Shown here one piece after another: positions 1 to 13,341 of a stretch of DNA of 64,000 nucleotides. The stretch is from NCBI GenBank assembly GCA_965277805.1, contig OZ255842.1:1312001-1376000 (forward strand), written 5' to 3'. The position numbers were made by a program, and so were the translations under genes. The notes under the pieces are model-generated. The model did no database searches, was not told the origin of the DNA, and saw only the letters and a program-made list of their open reading frames with translations. Every line of letters starts with the position of its first letter. Positions within the stretch are counted from its first letter, which is position 1. This stretch comes from Candidatus Lustribacter sp. (lineage in GTDB: Bacteria; Vulcanimicrobiota; Vulcanimicrobiia; Vulcanimicrobiales; Vulcanimicrobiaceae).

Positions 1-635
1 CGGGTCTTGCCGGCGTAGTCGATCGCTTCGCCGCCCAGCGCTTCGATGATGTCTTCGAGCGAGTGCGGGTTACGCGATGATTCCCAGCCGTTGACCGATT
101 CCGGGCGAATGATGTGGCAGCCGTAGAACGGCGCGACCTTCAAGCCGCGCAGCGGGTTGACGACCATCTTCTTGAGGTTGTCCAGGCCGATGTCGTCGAT
201 CAACAGCCACAGCAGATGGCGCACCATCACGCCGCCGTTGTACTTGGCGCCGAACTTGCCGAGGATCGCGTTCGCTTGACCCATGTGCGCTTCGGACTCG
301 AGCAGCTCTTTGTTAGCTGCGCGCATGTGTCCGGTGCAGGTCGAGCAGATCGTGATCACGTCGTCGAGTCCGAGCGCTTCGGCCTGCGCGTACGTACGAG
401 CGTTGAGCACGCGCGCGACGTCGCGGTTGGTGTCGTTGAGCACCGATGCGCCGCAGCACGCCGCGGCGGTGAGCTCGACGAGTTCGATGCCGAGTTTGTC
501 GGCCAGCAGCATCGTCGAGTTGAACAATTCCTTGCACGACTCTTTGGCGACGCAGCCGGGGAAGAAGCCGTACTTGCGCATTTGCGCCGACTTGGATTGC
601 CGCTTGGCCTGCGGCGCTTCAATGGTGGCGGTCAT
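1..635 (-). CDS. HdrB/SdhE-like CCG-domain protein (anchor subunit of type E succinate dehydrogenase), truncated by window edge
   Basis: Not in the ORF track. Read manually from ATG at 635, which overlaps the sdhB stop: MTATIE...YGFFPGC...CCG...ITICSTC...APFYGCHIIRP, typical CCG-domain motifs. Confidence 0.88.
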   Translation of the reverse strand, partial: MTATIEAPQAKRQSKSAQMRKYGFFPGCVAKESCKELFNSTMLLADKLGIELVELTAAACCGASVLNDTNRDVARVLNARTYAQAEALGLDDVITICSTCTGHMRAANKELLESEAHMGQANAILGKFGAKYNGGVMVRHLLWLLIDDIGLDNLKKMVVNPLRGLKVAPFYGCHIIRPESVNGWESSRNPHSLEDIIEALGGEAIDYAGKT

Positions 636-1588
636 GCGAGTGTCGGGGCCTCCAGGGTGTCGAAAATCATCGCGATTTCGTTGACTTTCGGGACGGGTTT
701 GAGGAACATCGGCGGGATCTTACCGGCCATCGCGAGCCGCAGCCCGAACGGCGCGACCTTGATCAGGCCTACGATATTGAAACGTCCGACCGTGCCTTGG
801 ATGACTTCCGTCTCGTGCAGCATGCCGGTGTGCTTGATCGTTTTGGCGATGACGAGCGCGTGGCGCGGACCCGGATGGTCGACCAGGCCCTCTTCGATCG
901 TGGCGCGCTTGACGGCGATGATGTCGTCCTGCGGATCGACGTGTTTGGGGCAGTACGAGCACGCGTAGCAGTGCGCGCATAGCCACAAGAAGTCATCGCT
1001 GATCTGCGCGGCGCGTTCCTTGCGCTTCGAGTCGCGCACGTCTTCGATGAAGCGGTACGCGTACGCGATCGCGGCCGGACCGGCAAACGCCGGATCGACC
1101 GACACCACCGGGCAGAGCGCGTAGCACGTCGCGCACATCACGCAGTTCGCGACCGCCACGAGTTTCTGCATGTCTGCCGGCGAAACGCGGCGTTCGGTCT
1201 CGTGGTCGGAATCTTTGTCGGCCGGTTGCAGATACGGCTTGAGGCGCGAGTACTTGTCCCAGAACGGATCCATGTGGACCACGAGGTCCTTCATGGGCTG
1301 GAAGTTCGGCATCGGGTCGACGGCGACGGTGTTGTCGCTGCGCAGCACGCTCGCGATCGGCGTGCGGCACGCGAGGCCGGTCGTGCCGTTGATGTTCATC
1401 GAGCACGAGCCGCAGATTGCGGAGCGGCACGAACGGCGGAAGGAGATCGAGCCGTCTTTTTCCGCTTTGACGTTCTCGAGCGCGTCGAGCACGGTCATCG
1501 TGGTGGGTAGGTCGCACTCGACGCGGTCGCGGTGCGGCTCGACGTCGGTGGCTTGATCGTAACGGTAAATATCGAGTGAGAAACTCAT
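632..1588 (-). CDS. sdhB: Succinate dehydrogenase/fumarate reductase Fe-S subunit with C-terminal extension
   Basis: RRSCRSAICGSC 2Fe-2S motif; CVMCATCYALCP and CAHCYACSYCP clusters; adjacent to the flavoprotein gene. Confidence 0.93.
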   Translation of the reverse strand: MSFSLDIYRYDQATDVEPHRDRVECDLPTTMTVLDALENVKAEKDGSISFRRSCRSAICGSCSMNINGTTGLACRTPIASVLRSDNTVAVDPMPNFQPMKDLVVHMDPFWDKYSRLKPYLQPADKDSDHETERRVSPADMQKLVAVANCVMCATCYALCPVVSVDPAFAGPAAIAYAYRFIEDVRDSKRKERAAQISDDFLWLCAHCYACSYCPKHVDPQDDIIAVKRATIEEGLVDHPGPRHALVIAKTIKHTGMLHETEVIQGTVGRFNIVGLIKVAPFGLRLAMAGKIPPMFLKPVPKVNEIAMIFDTLEAPTLA

Positions 1589-1589
1589 G

Positions 1590-3275
1590 CTAGTACGTCC
1601 GCACTTCCGGAAGGAACTTGGTGAAGGTTACGCCGCGTGAGTAGTCGGGTTCGGGATCGGTCGTCGGGCCCTTGAAGTGCATGAGCGTGTGCTTCATCCA
1701 ATTCTTGTCGTCGCGATCGGGGAAGTCCGTGCGGGCTTGCGCGCCGCGCGATTCCGTGCGCTTGCGCGCGCCCATCATCGTCGTCATCGAGATGTCGACC
1801 AGGAACTCGGTTTCGAGCAATCCGACGAGGTCGGTGTTGAACGTCTTCGATTTATCCATCGTCGTCATCTTTTGCGCCATTTCGCGCACCTGACGCAGCG
1901 CGGCTTCACCTTCGGCGAGCGTCTTGTCGTCGCGGAAGATGAAGGCGTGATCGCTCATCGCGGCATTCAGCGCTTTGCGCGTTTGCGGATGGCGCTCGCC
2001 GCCGGTGCGGGCCAGGATGCCGTTGATGCGGTCCTGTTCGCTCTTGAACGTCTTCTCCGAGGGCCGCACGTCGCCGACCGACTTGATGTAGTTCGCGGCG
2101 TGCGTGGCCGAGCGGTGTCCGAACACGATCGTCTCGAGCAGCGAGTTGCCGCCGAGCCGGTTCGCGCCGTGAACGCTGACGCAAGCACATTCGCCGGCCG
2201 CATAGACGCCGGGGATGTTCGTTGCGCCGTTCTTGTCGGTTGCAATGCCGCCCATCCAGTAGTGCATGCCGGGCAGAATCGGGATCGGCGTGTCGATCGC
2301 GTCTTTGCCGGTCGCGTCGAGCGCGAGCTCGCGAATCTGCGGCAAGCGTTCGAGAATCTTTTCGCGTCCGAGGTGGCGCAGGTCGAGGAACACGCAGCCG
2401 TTTTCGCCGCGGCCTTCCATAATCTCGGTCCACTCGGCACGCGAGACGACGTCGCGTGAGGCCAGTTCGCCCTTGTTCGGGGCGTACTTGAACATGAAAC
2501 GTTCGCCGTCTTTATTGAGGAGGTAGGCGCCTTCGCCGCGAGCCGCTTCGGAGAGCAGCACGCCGTTCTCTTTGAGCGAGGTCGGATGGAACTGGACGAA
2601 CTCCATGTCCATCAGCGGGATGCCGGCGCGGTAGCAGATCGCCATACCGTCACCGGTCGAGGCGTAGCCGTTGGTCGTCTTCGCATACGCGCGTCCGGCG
2701 CCGCCGGTGGCGAAGATCGTGGCCTTCGCTTGGACGAGTTCGAGCTCGCCGTTACGCATGTTATAGGCGGTGATCCCGGTACCCACGCCGTCTTCGACGC
2801 ACAGGGCGGTCGCGAAGTACTCTTCGTAAACCTTGATGTTGAAGCGTTCGAGCTGTTCCCACAGCGAGTGCAGGATGACGAGGCCGGTCACGTCGGCCGA
2901 GAAGCACGTGCGGGGGAAGCTGGCACCGCCGAAGGGGCGTTGCGCGATCCGTCCGTCGGGCATGCGGGAGAAGATGCAACCGCGGTGCTCGAGCCAGATG
3001 ATCTGGCGCGGGGCATCCTCGGCCATGGCCTCGATGGCGTCCTGGTCGCCGAGATAATCGGCGCCCTTGACGCAGTCGAAGGCGTGGGCCTCCGGAGTGT
3101 CCGCCTCTTCGTTGCCGAGGGCGGCGTTGATGCCGCCTTGCGCCGCGCCGGAGTGGCTGCGGACCGGATGCATTTTCGAGACGATCGCGACGTCGGCACC
3201 GCGTTCGGCGGCTTCTACCGCTGCGCGCATGCCGGCGAGGCCACCGCCGACCACGACGATGTCGTGTTTGATCAC
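1590..3275 (-). CDS. sdhA: Succinate dehydrogenase/fumarate reductase flavoprotein
   Basis: GGGLAG FAD-binding motif, RSHSGAAQGG covalent-FAD His, QFHPT, SEAARGEG, HGANRLGGNSL. Confidence 0.95.
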   Translation of the reverse strand: MIKHDIVVVGGGLAGMRAAVEAAERGADVAIVSKMHPVRSHSGAAQGGINAALGNEEADTPEAHAFDCVKGADYLGDQDAIEAMAEDAPRQIIWLEHRGCIFSRMPDGRIAQRPFGGASFPRTCFSADVTGLVILHSLWEQLERFNIKVYEEYFATALCVEDGVGTGITAYNMRNGELELVQAKATIFATGGAGRAYAKTTNGYASTGDGMAICYRAGIPLMDMEFVQFHPTSLKENGVLLSEAARGEGAYLLNKDGERFMFKYAPNKGELASRDVVSRAEWTEIMEGRGENGCVFLDLRHLGREKILERLPQIRELALDATGKDAIDTPIPILPGMHYWMGGIATDKNGATNIPGVYAAGECACVSVHGANRLGGNSLLETIVFGHRSATHAANYIKSVGDVRPSEKTFKSEQDRINGILARTGGERHPQTRKALNAAMSDHAFIFRDDKTLAEGEAALRQVREMAQKMTTMDKSKTFNTDLVGLLETEFLVDISMTTMMGARKRTESRGAQARTDFPDRDDKNWMKHTLMHFKGPTTDPEPDYSRGVTFTKFLPEVRTY

Positions 3276-3318
3276 TACCTTGATGCCCCTTATGGACGAG
3301 TGAAACCGAATTGCGAGG

Positions 3319-3327
3319 AGTGTACCA
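3319..3327 (-). promoter_or_regulatory. Extended -10 element (TGGTACACT) for the sdh operon
   Basis: TGn-TAnnnT match about 45 nt upstream of the sdhA start. Confidence 0.45.
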
Positions 3328-3434
3328 TTAGATTGAAGCTGAGCGCCCGGATTTTCGTCGGACGATCGGTCCTACCATGCGGAGTCTGCGCCAGTAGTGG
3401 CGAACGGACGGATAGTACCGTCGGAAAGGACAGC

Positions 3435-4979
3435 GTGCGCTCGGATCCAGGACTGACCGCTCCCATCAATCCTCCCCCGCAATTACCAGCAAGTTCGGCA
3501 GTGGTCACCAACCTCATCGAGGATCTGGCGCCCTTTTTCGACGACGGCGCGGCGGGACTGCAGCGACTGGTCTCGCGCATCCCGCTCCTGCTGGAAGTCG
3601 ACCGGGCTTACGTCGCGCGGATCAGTCCCGACGGCATGCGCTTCACGGTTACCCAGGCCTCCAAGGGCGACTGGCCGGATCTGCTCGGCTACACGCAATC
3701 GGCGGGCCGGCTGCCGGCCTTCGCCCGCGGCGCGCTCAAAAGCGGCGTCCAGGCGACGATCGATGATGCCCTGACCTTCCCGTTCACCCCCCAGCAGCGG
3801 AAGATGCTCTGGTACGGCGGCCTGCGCGGCACGGTGCTGACGCCGATCCGCTCGAACGGCGTCTGGATCGGCGCCCTGATCGTGGACGTGCTCAAGGCGC
3901 AGCGGATCTGGGACTTCCTGGTGCTCGACGCCTGTCGCTCGCTTGCTTTGGCTATCGGCGCCCGGCTGGCCCTCGCGAAGCTCGGCGACCACCTGGTAAC
4001 CGACGAGCGCGACCCGGTCCACGACATGCAGCGGCAGAACGTGATCGCTAACCTCGCTCACTTGCTGGATACCTCGAACGATCCTAACGCCGTGAGCGCG
4101 GAGGTGGTGGAATCGCTGGGCGCGCTGCACTGGGTACGCGCTGCCCGGCTGGCTCCGGCCGAAGACGAGGCCGACGTCGTTAAAAGCGCTCAAGCGAGCG
4201 AAGCGCTGGTCGTTACGAACCAGGACGGTACGACGCACGTCGGGCTCGCCCTTATGAATGAAGGCGAGCGCTTCGGCGGCATCGACATCGAACTCGCCGG
4301 CACGTCGCTGACCGACGTCGAGGAACAGTTCTTACGCAGCGTGCAGACCTTCGCGGGCTCGGCGTATGTGAGCGCGCTGCGGCGCGCGCGCCCGCGCAAC
4401 GAAGCGCTGTACGATTCGCTGACCGGCTTGCTCAATTTCCGCTCGATCAACGAAGTGCTGGTCGACGCGGTGCACGCCTCGAAGTCGTCCGGACGGCCGG
4501 TGTCGGTCTGGCTGCTCGATATCGACCGGCTCGACGGGATCAACCGCGATCACGGCTACGCGATCGGCGACGATGTCGTGAGCTATGTCGGACATACATT
4601 GCAGACGGTCGTCTCGTCGCGCGGCTCGGTCGGCCGAGTCGGCGGCGGCCTCTACCTCGCGCTCTTTCCGGGGATGGATCACGACGAAGCGTCGGTGCAG
4701 GGCCGCATGATGGTCGAGCGCATCACGAAGAATGTACCGCCGCATCTGCCGCAAATCGCGCTCTCGATCGGCGTTTCGGCCTTTCCGCTCGATGCGGGCA
4801 GCCAAGACGATCTCGTCCGCTTTGCGCGCCTCGCCCTCTACATGGCGAAGGGCAGCGGCAGCAACCGCGTCGTCGCCGCCGATCCGAAGAATCCACGCTG
4901 GGTCAGCGACGCACGAGCAGCCTTCGTGCGCTCGGTAACCGAAGCGCAGATGCCTACATCACTGCAGGAGCGCCGCTAG
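3435..4979 (+). CDS. GAF + degenerate GGDEF-domain protein
   Basis: N-terminal GAF-like region; DSLTGLLN...LDIDRL...NRDHGYAIGD GGDEF scaffold with A-site GGGLY. Start moved to GTG 3435 after GGAAAGGA (alternative GTG 3501); the ORF-track extension overlaps sdhA. Confidence 0.82.
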   Translation: MRSDPGLTAPINPPPQLPASSAVVTNLIEDLAPFFDDGAAGLQRLVSRIPLLLEVDRAYVARISPDGMRFTVTQASKGDWPDLLGYTQSAGRLPAFARGALKSGVQATIDDALTFPFTPQQRKMLWYGGLRGTVLTPIRSNGVWIGALIVDVLKAQRIWDFLVLDACRSLALAIGARLALAKLGDHLVTDERDPVHDMQRQNVIANLAHLLDTSNDPNAVSAEVVESLGALHWVRAARLAPAEDEADVVKSAQASEALVVTNQDGTTHVGLALMNEGERFGGIDIELAGTSLTDVEEQFLRSVQTFAGSAYVSALRRARPRNEALYDSLTGLLNFRSINEVLVDAVHASKSSGRPVSVWLLDIDRLDGINRDHGYAIGDDVVSYVGHTLQTVVSSRGSVGRVGGGLYLALFPGMDHDEASVQGRMMVERITKNVPPHLPQIALSIGVSAFPLDAGSQDDLVRFARLALYMAKGSGSNRVVAADPKNPRWVSDARAAFVRSVTEAQMPTSLQERR

Positions 4980-5056
4980 CGCGAACGAGCGGTCCTTCTG
5001 CCGGCCAACCCTCGAAGGCTAAAACAGCAACTCTTCCCGAAAACAAGTAGAACCCC

Positions 5057-8574
<3,518 letters not shown>

Positions 8575-8578
<4 letters not shown>

Positions 8579-9786
8579 AACTGCCGCAGGGGGTTCGCGA
8601 CTGGCTGCCGCACGAGCTCGCGCGCAAGCGCGACGTCGAACAAATCTTACGCGCGGTGTTCGGGCGCTGGTCGTACGAAGAAGTGCAAACGCCGACGTTC
8701 GAACGCTTCGACGTCATCGAGAAGGGGCTCGGCCACGAGCTGACCGAGCTGTCGTTTCAGTTCAACGATCGCCGTTCGACCGCGCTCGCGCTGCGGCCGG
8801 AGCTCACGACGCCGATCGCGCGGCTCGTCTCGACGCGAATGCGTGAGGCTCCGCTGCCGCTGCGCCTGTCGTACGTTGCGACGGCCTTCCGCTACTACGA
8901 ACAGCCGCAAGAAGGCCGGATGCGCGAGTTCACGCAGGCCGGCGTCGAGCTGATCGGTTCGCCCGGCATCGACGCCGACGCGGAGACGCTCTTCATGGCG
9001 ATCGAAGCGTGCGATGAGATCGGGATGCGCGACGCCACCTACGACATCAACGATTCGCGCATCGTCGACGGCCTGCTGGCCGGCGTCGGCTTGAGCGGCG
9101 ATGCGATTCCAGCCGCCAAAGCGTTGATGAAGGAGCGCAACATCGTCGGCTTGCGCGCGTTCGAGAAGCCGCTGCTGATCGAATTCGCCTTGCGCCGCGG
9201 CGGGCGCGACGGCATCGCGGCGGCGCGCAAGGTGTGCGCGACGCCGGAGAGCCAGGCCGCCCTCGACCGCCTCGAGACGCTGCTGATCCGTGCGGCCGCG
9301 CTCGGCTACGGTGACCGCGTGTCGGTCGACTTCGCGCTGTTGCGCGACCTCGATTACTACACCGGATTCATCTTCGAAGGCTATCTGCCCGAAATCGGTT
9401 TTCCGCTGTGCGGCGGCGGTCGCTACGATTCGCTGCTGCCGAAATTCGGCTATGCGGTGCCAGCCGTCGGCTGGAGCGCCGGCGTCGAACGCCTGCTGAT
9501 CGCGCTCGAGCGGCGCGGCAAGCACATCACGCGCCGGCGTCATCGCGTCGACGTGCTGGTGAGCGGAGCCGACGTCGTGGCGACGCGCGAACGCGCCGCC
9601 GGCAACGTCGTGCGCTACGCATCGAGCGGCCAGGATGAAAAGGAACTGATCGCCGAAGCGCGCGCGCACGGCATCCCGCGCGTCGTCATTGCGGAGAACG
9701 GCGACATCCGTGAAGTTCGCGTCACCGCCACGCCCGAAAAACGCCTGCCCAAGGCCAACACGCCGCGCAAGACGGAAGCGCTCTGA
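8575..9786 (+). CDS. hisZ: ATP phosphoribosyltransferase regulatory subunit
   Basis: HisRS-like motifs (LRPELTTPIAR, REFTQAGVELIG, YYTGFIFE, GGGRYD); directly upstream of short hisG. Confidence 0.93.
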
Positions 9787-10412
9787 TGCTGACGATCGCG
9801 ATGCCCAAAGGCGCGCTCTACGACGACTCGGCGGCGCGCTTGCGTACCGCGGGCATCGACGTTCCGGACGACGTCGGCCGCAAGCTCGCGGTCGTTACCT
9901 CGGACGGCACGCAATTGCTGTTCTTGCGTCCCTCGGACGTTCCGGCATACGTCGAGTTCGGCGCGGCCGATTGCGGGATTACCGGCAAAGACGTGCTTTG
10001 GGAAACCGATCGCACGGTGAGCGAACTCGCCGACCTCGGCTTCGGCTACTGCCGTTTGTGCGTTGCTGCGCGCCGCATCGACCGCTATCACGAGGGCGCC
10101 CCGTTTCCGACGTTCTTGCGCGTGGCGACGAAGTTCGCGCGCTCGGCGGAGGCGTACTTTGCCGAGCGGGATTTGCCGGTCGAGCTGATCCCGCTCCACG
10201 GTTCGGTCGAGCTGAGCCCGGTCGTCGGACTGGCCGACCTGATCGTCGATCTCGTGGCGACCGGCAACACGCTGCGCGAACACGACATGGTCATCGTCGA
10301 TGAGATCGCGCCGAGCACCGCTCGCTTTGTCGTGAACCCGGTGCGCTTCCGCACGAAGTACGACGAGATCACGGCGCTGCTCGAACGGCTCGACGGCACC
10401 GTTCGCGCATGA
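9786..10412 (+). CDS. hisG: ATP phosphoribosyltransferase, short form
   Basis: TIAMPKG, DVPAYVEFGAADCGITGKD, GSVELSPVVGLADLIVDLVATGNTLRE; 208 aa. Confidence 0.96.
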   Translation: MLTIAMPKGALYDDSAARLRTAGIDVPDDVGRKLAVVTSDGTQLLFLRPSDVPAYVEFGAADCGITGKDVLWETDRTVSELADLGFGYCRLCVAARRIDRYHEGAPFPTFLRVATKFARSAEAYFAERDLPVELIPLHGSVELSPVVGLADLIVDLVATGNTLREHDMVIVDEIAPSTARFVVNPVRFRTKYDEITALLERLDGTVRA

Positions 10413-11698
10413 TCGTCGTTGACGCCGCCGACGAGCAGGCGCTAGCGCCGCTTTACGCCGGTGGCTGGGACGCGCCGCGCGACGTGCGCGACCGCGTGGC
10501 GAACATTCTCGATGACGTGCGCGACCGCGGCGATGCGGCCGTGGTGGAGTTGACGCAGCGCTTCGATCACCCCGAAGCGAGCGTTGCGACGTTGCGCCGC
10601 GACGTGCCGGTGCGCAAGAACGCGCGCGGCCTGGTTCCCGAGGTGATCGCGGCGGGGCTAGAACTCGCGCGCGAACGCATCACCGATTATCACGCGCGCC
10701 AAAAGCCGGCCGAGATCCGCTATCACACCGCCGATGCGAGCGAATACGCATTTCTCTCGCGGCCCTTGCATAGCATCGGCGCCTACGTGCCGGGCGGCAG
10801 CGCGTCGTTGCCCTCAACCGTGCTGATGACGGTCGTTCCGGCCAAGGTCGCGGGCGTGGATCGCGTCGTGGTTGCGACGCCGCCGCAGCGCGACGGCTCG
10901 ATCAATCCGGCGATTCTCTACGCTTGCAGCTTGTGCGGCGTCGACGAGCTGTATGCGGCCGGCGGCGCGCAAGCCATCGGCGCGCTGGCATTCGGGACGG
11001 CGACGCTGCGGGCGGTCGACAAGATCGTCGGGCCCGGCAACGTGTACGTTACCGAGGCCAAACGTCAGGTTTTCGGCGTGTGCGGCATCGACGGTTTGGC
11101 CGGTCCGTCGGAAGTGCTGGTCGTGTGCGACGAGCGTGCGCGGCCCGAATTCGTCGCCGGTGAGCTGATCGCGCAAGCGGAACACGACCCGCTGGCCCGT
11201 GTCGCGGCCGTGTCGCGCGATCGTGCGATCCTCGCTGCGGTCGCGGCGCTTTTGACCGGCGACTTCGCGCGCGAAACCGGTCGCGGCGAGATCGTGCAGC
11301 GCGTGCTGGACGAACGGACCTGGCTCATCCATGCCGGCAGCGAGAACGCGGTGTTCGAGGTCATCGAGCGCTTTGCGCCCGAGCATCTCTCGCTGCAAAT
11401 CGCCGATCCGTGGAGCCTCGTGCCGCGCATCCGGCGCGCCGGCGCGATCTTCATCGGGGACCACACGCCGGTAGCGGCGGGCGATTACATCGCCGGCACC
11501 AACCACACACTGCCGACGTCGGGCGCGAGCCGTTTTGCGTCCGGCTTGCGCACGGCCGACTACTATCGCACGATGTCGGTGGTCGAAAATAGCGCGCAGC
11601 GGATGGCCGCGGACGCCGAAACGCTGGCCGCGCTGGCCGAGTTCGAAGGGCTGCCGGCGCACGCGCGCACGGCTCGCATGCGTATCGAACCCCGATAG
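10409..11698 (+). CDS. hisD: Histidinol dehydrogenase
   Basis: YVPGGSA, DKIVGPGNVYV, AGPSE, QAEHD, APEHL, GDYIAGTNHTLPT. Confidence 0.97.
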   Translation: MIVVDAADEQALAPLYAGGWDAPRDVRDRVANILDDVRDRGDAAVVELTQRFDHPEASVATLRRDVPVRKNARGLVPEVIAAGLELARERITDYHARQKPAEIRYHTADASEYAFLSRPLHSIGAYVPGGSASLPSTVLMTVVPAKVAGVDRVVVATPPQRDGSINPAILYACSLCGVDELYAAGGAQAIGALAFGTATLRAVDKIVGPGNVYVTEAKRQVFGVCGIDGLAGPSEVLVVCDERARPEFVAGELIAQAEHDPLARVAAVSRDRAILAAVAALLTGDFARETGRGEIVQRVLDERTWLIHAGSENAVFEVIERFAPEHLSLQIADPWSLVPRIRRAGAIFIGDHTPVAAGDYIAGTNHTLPTSGASRFASGLRTADYYRTMSVVENSAQRMAADAETLAALAEFEGLPAHARTARMRIEPR

Positions 11699-11714
11699 CG
11701 AATAGGTCCTTCCG

Positions 11715-12524
11715 ATGGTAAGCACCCGGATCCGGCTGGTCGCGCTGGACCTCGATGGCACGCTCGTCGGGGCCGATCTCGCGATCTCGGCGCGCGTGCG
11801 CGACACGATCGCCAAGGCACGCACGCGCGGCGCGGAAATCACGATCGTCACCGGCCGGATGTTCGCGGCAACGAAGCCGTTTGCGCAAACGCTCGGGATC
11901 ACCGGCCCCGTCGTGTGCTACCAGGGTGCGGCGATATTCGAAGTTGCGACCGGCTCGGTGTTGCGTCAAACGCCGGTGCACCAAGACGTGACCCGTACGG
12001 TGCTCGCATGGGCGGAAGAACACCACGTGCACGCGCAGTGCTATGCGGACGACAAACTCTACATGCAAGAGGTCAACCGCTTTTCCAAGCGCTACACCGA
12101 TCTCGCGAAGGTCGAGCCCACCCTCGTGCCGTCGCTGCGCGCGGCGTTTGCCGATCAGCCGTCGATCAAGATCGTGCTGGTCGACGATCCGGGACCCTCG
12201 GAGCAGCATCTCGCCGACCTGAAAGCGCTGCTCGGCGATCGCGCGTATCTCACGCGCAGCCATGTCGATTTCGTTGAAGTCCTCGCGCCCGAAGTGAACA
12301 AGGGTGAGGCGCTCGCATTCGTCGCGCAGCGGTACGGCGTAACGCTGGCGGAGACGCTGGCGGTCGGCGATGCCTGGAACGACGTTCCGCTGATCACGGC
12401 CGCCGGCATCGGCGTTGCGATGGGCTCGGGACCGCCGGAACTCTTCGCGAAAGCCGATGCGGTCGTCGGCGACGTCGCACACGACGGCGTTGCCGAAGCG
12501 ATCGAACGGTACGTGCTCACGTGA
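11715..12524 (+). CDS. Cof-type HAD-IIB phosphatase
   Basis: DLDGTL motif I, VTGR motif II, NKGEAL and GDAWND motifs III/IV. Confidence 0.92.
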   Translation: MVSTRIRLVALDLDGTLVGADLAISARVRDTIAKARTRGAEITIVTGRMFAATKPFAQTLGITGPVVCYQGAAIFEVATGSVLRQTPVHQDVTRTVLAWAEEHHVHAQCYADDKLYMQEVNRFSKRYTDLAKVEPTLVPSLRAAFADQPSIKIVLVDDPGPSEQHLADLKALLGDRAYLTRSHVDFVEVLAPEVNKGEALAFVAQRYGVTLAETLAVGDAWNDVPLITAAGIGVAMGSGPPELFAKADAVVGDVAHDGVAEAIERYVLT

Positions 12525-13276
12525 GCACCGCCTCGCGCGTTCGCCGGCGCACGAAACCCTCGATTGCTGTTCGCGTGCGCACGTTCTGGGTGATCGCGCT
12601 GCTGTCGGCTTGCGTCGTTGCGGCGCTCGCCGTGGCGTTCACGAATGCGCCGCAGTTGCGGGTGCATTCGGTCACGGCGAACGTGCCGGCGAACGGTCCG
12701 GTGACGAAGGATGCGGCGATCGCCGCGGCGCGCATCGATCCCGATGCGAACTTGTGGCTATTGAATACCGGCGCGATCCGCGCGCGTCTCGATGCTATTC
12801 CGTATGTTGCGAGCGCCGTCGTTCACCGCGCGCAGTTTCCGCATCCGGCTGTCGTGCTCGATGTAACGCTGCGCGTGCCGACCGGATGCGTGACGACCTC
12901 GAGCGGCACGATGACGATCGATGCGAGCGCGCGCGTGCTGCAGACGGGCTGCGTCTCGACGGCTTTGCCGCAAGTCGATATCGGCAGCGGTCCGGCCGTG
13001 GCGCCGGGCGCGATTCTGACCGCCCCCGACATCGACCGCTTGCTTGCTGATGCGCGTGCGATCGGCGAGCACATTCCGGTCCATACGGTGCGCCGCGACC
13101 GCTTCGGCGGACTCGAGGCGATCGACAGCCGCGGGGTGCTCCTGAAGTTCGGATCGGATGCCGACTTAGCAGCCAAGCTCGCCTTGGTCGAGCCGATCCG
13201 GCGCAGCGCCGGAGGGCGCCCGCTGCGGGTCATCGACCTGCGCGCCCCAGCCACCCCGGTGGTCGAATTTCCATAG
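12521..13276 (+). CDS. ftsQ: Cell division protein FtsQ/DivIB
   Basis: Basic N-tail, single TM helix, POTRA-like region, C-terminal IDLR; immediately upstream of ftsA-ftsZ. Confidence 0.8.
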   Translation: MSTASRVRRRTKPSIAVRVRTFWVIALLSACVVAALAVAFTNAPQLRVHSVTANVPANGPVTKDAAIAAARIDPDANLWLLNTGAIRARLDAIPYVASAVVHRAQFPHPAVVLDVTLRVPTGCVTTSSGTMTIDASARVLQTGCVSTALPQVDIGSGPAVAPGAILTAPDIDRLLADARAIGEHIPVHTVRRDRFGGLEAIDSRGVLLKFGSDADLAAKLALVEPIRRSAGGRPLRVIDLRAPATPVVEFP

Positions 13277-13301
13277 ACCTTGTAGGGACTGCGCCTCTCA
13301 C

Positions 13302-13317
13302 CCACAATATATAGTGT
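13302..13317. promoter_or_regulatory. NrdR-box-like palindrome upstream of ftsA
   Basis: CCACAATATATAGTGT versus recalled consensus acaCwAtATaTwGtgt. Confidence 0.55.
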
Positions 13318-13341
13318 TCATAGTATGGAAGGCGGCTTGTA

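Noticed and set aside
2586-3434. N-terminal extension of the 797-aa GGDEF ORF
   Set aside because: Antisense to sdhA; a ribosome-binding site supports a start at 3435.
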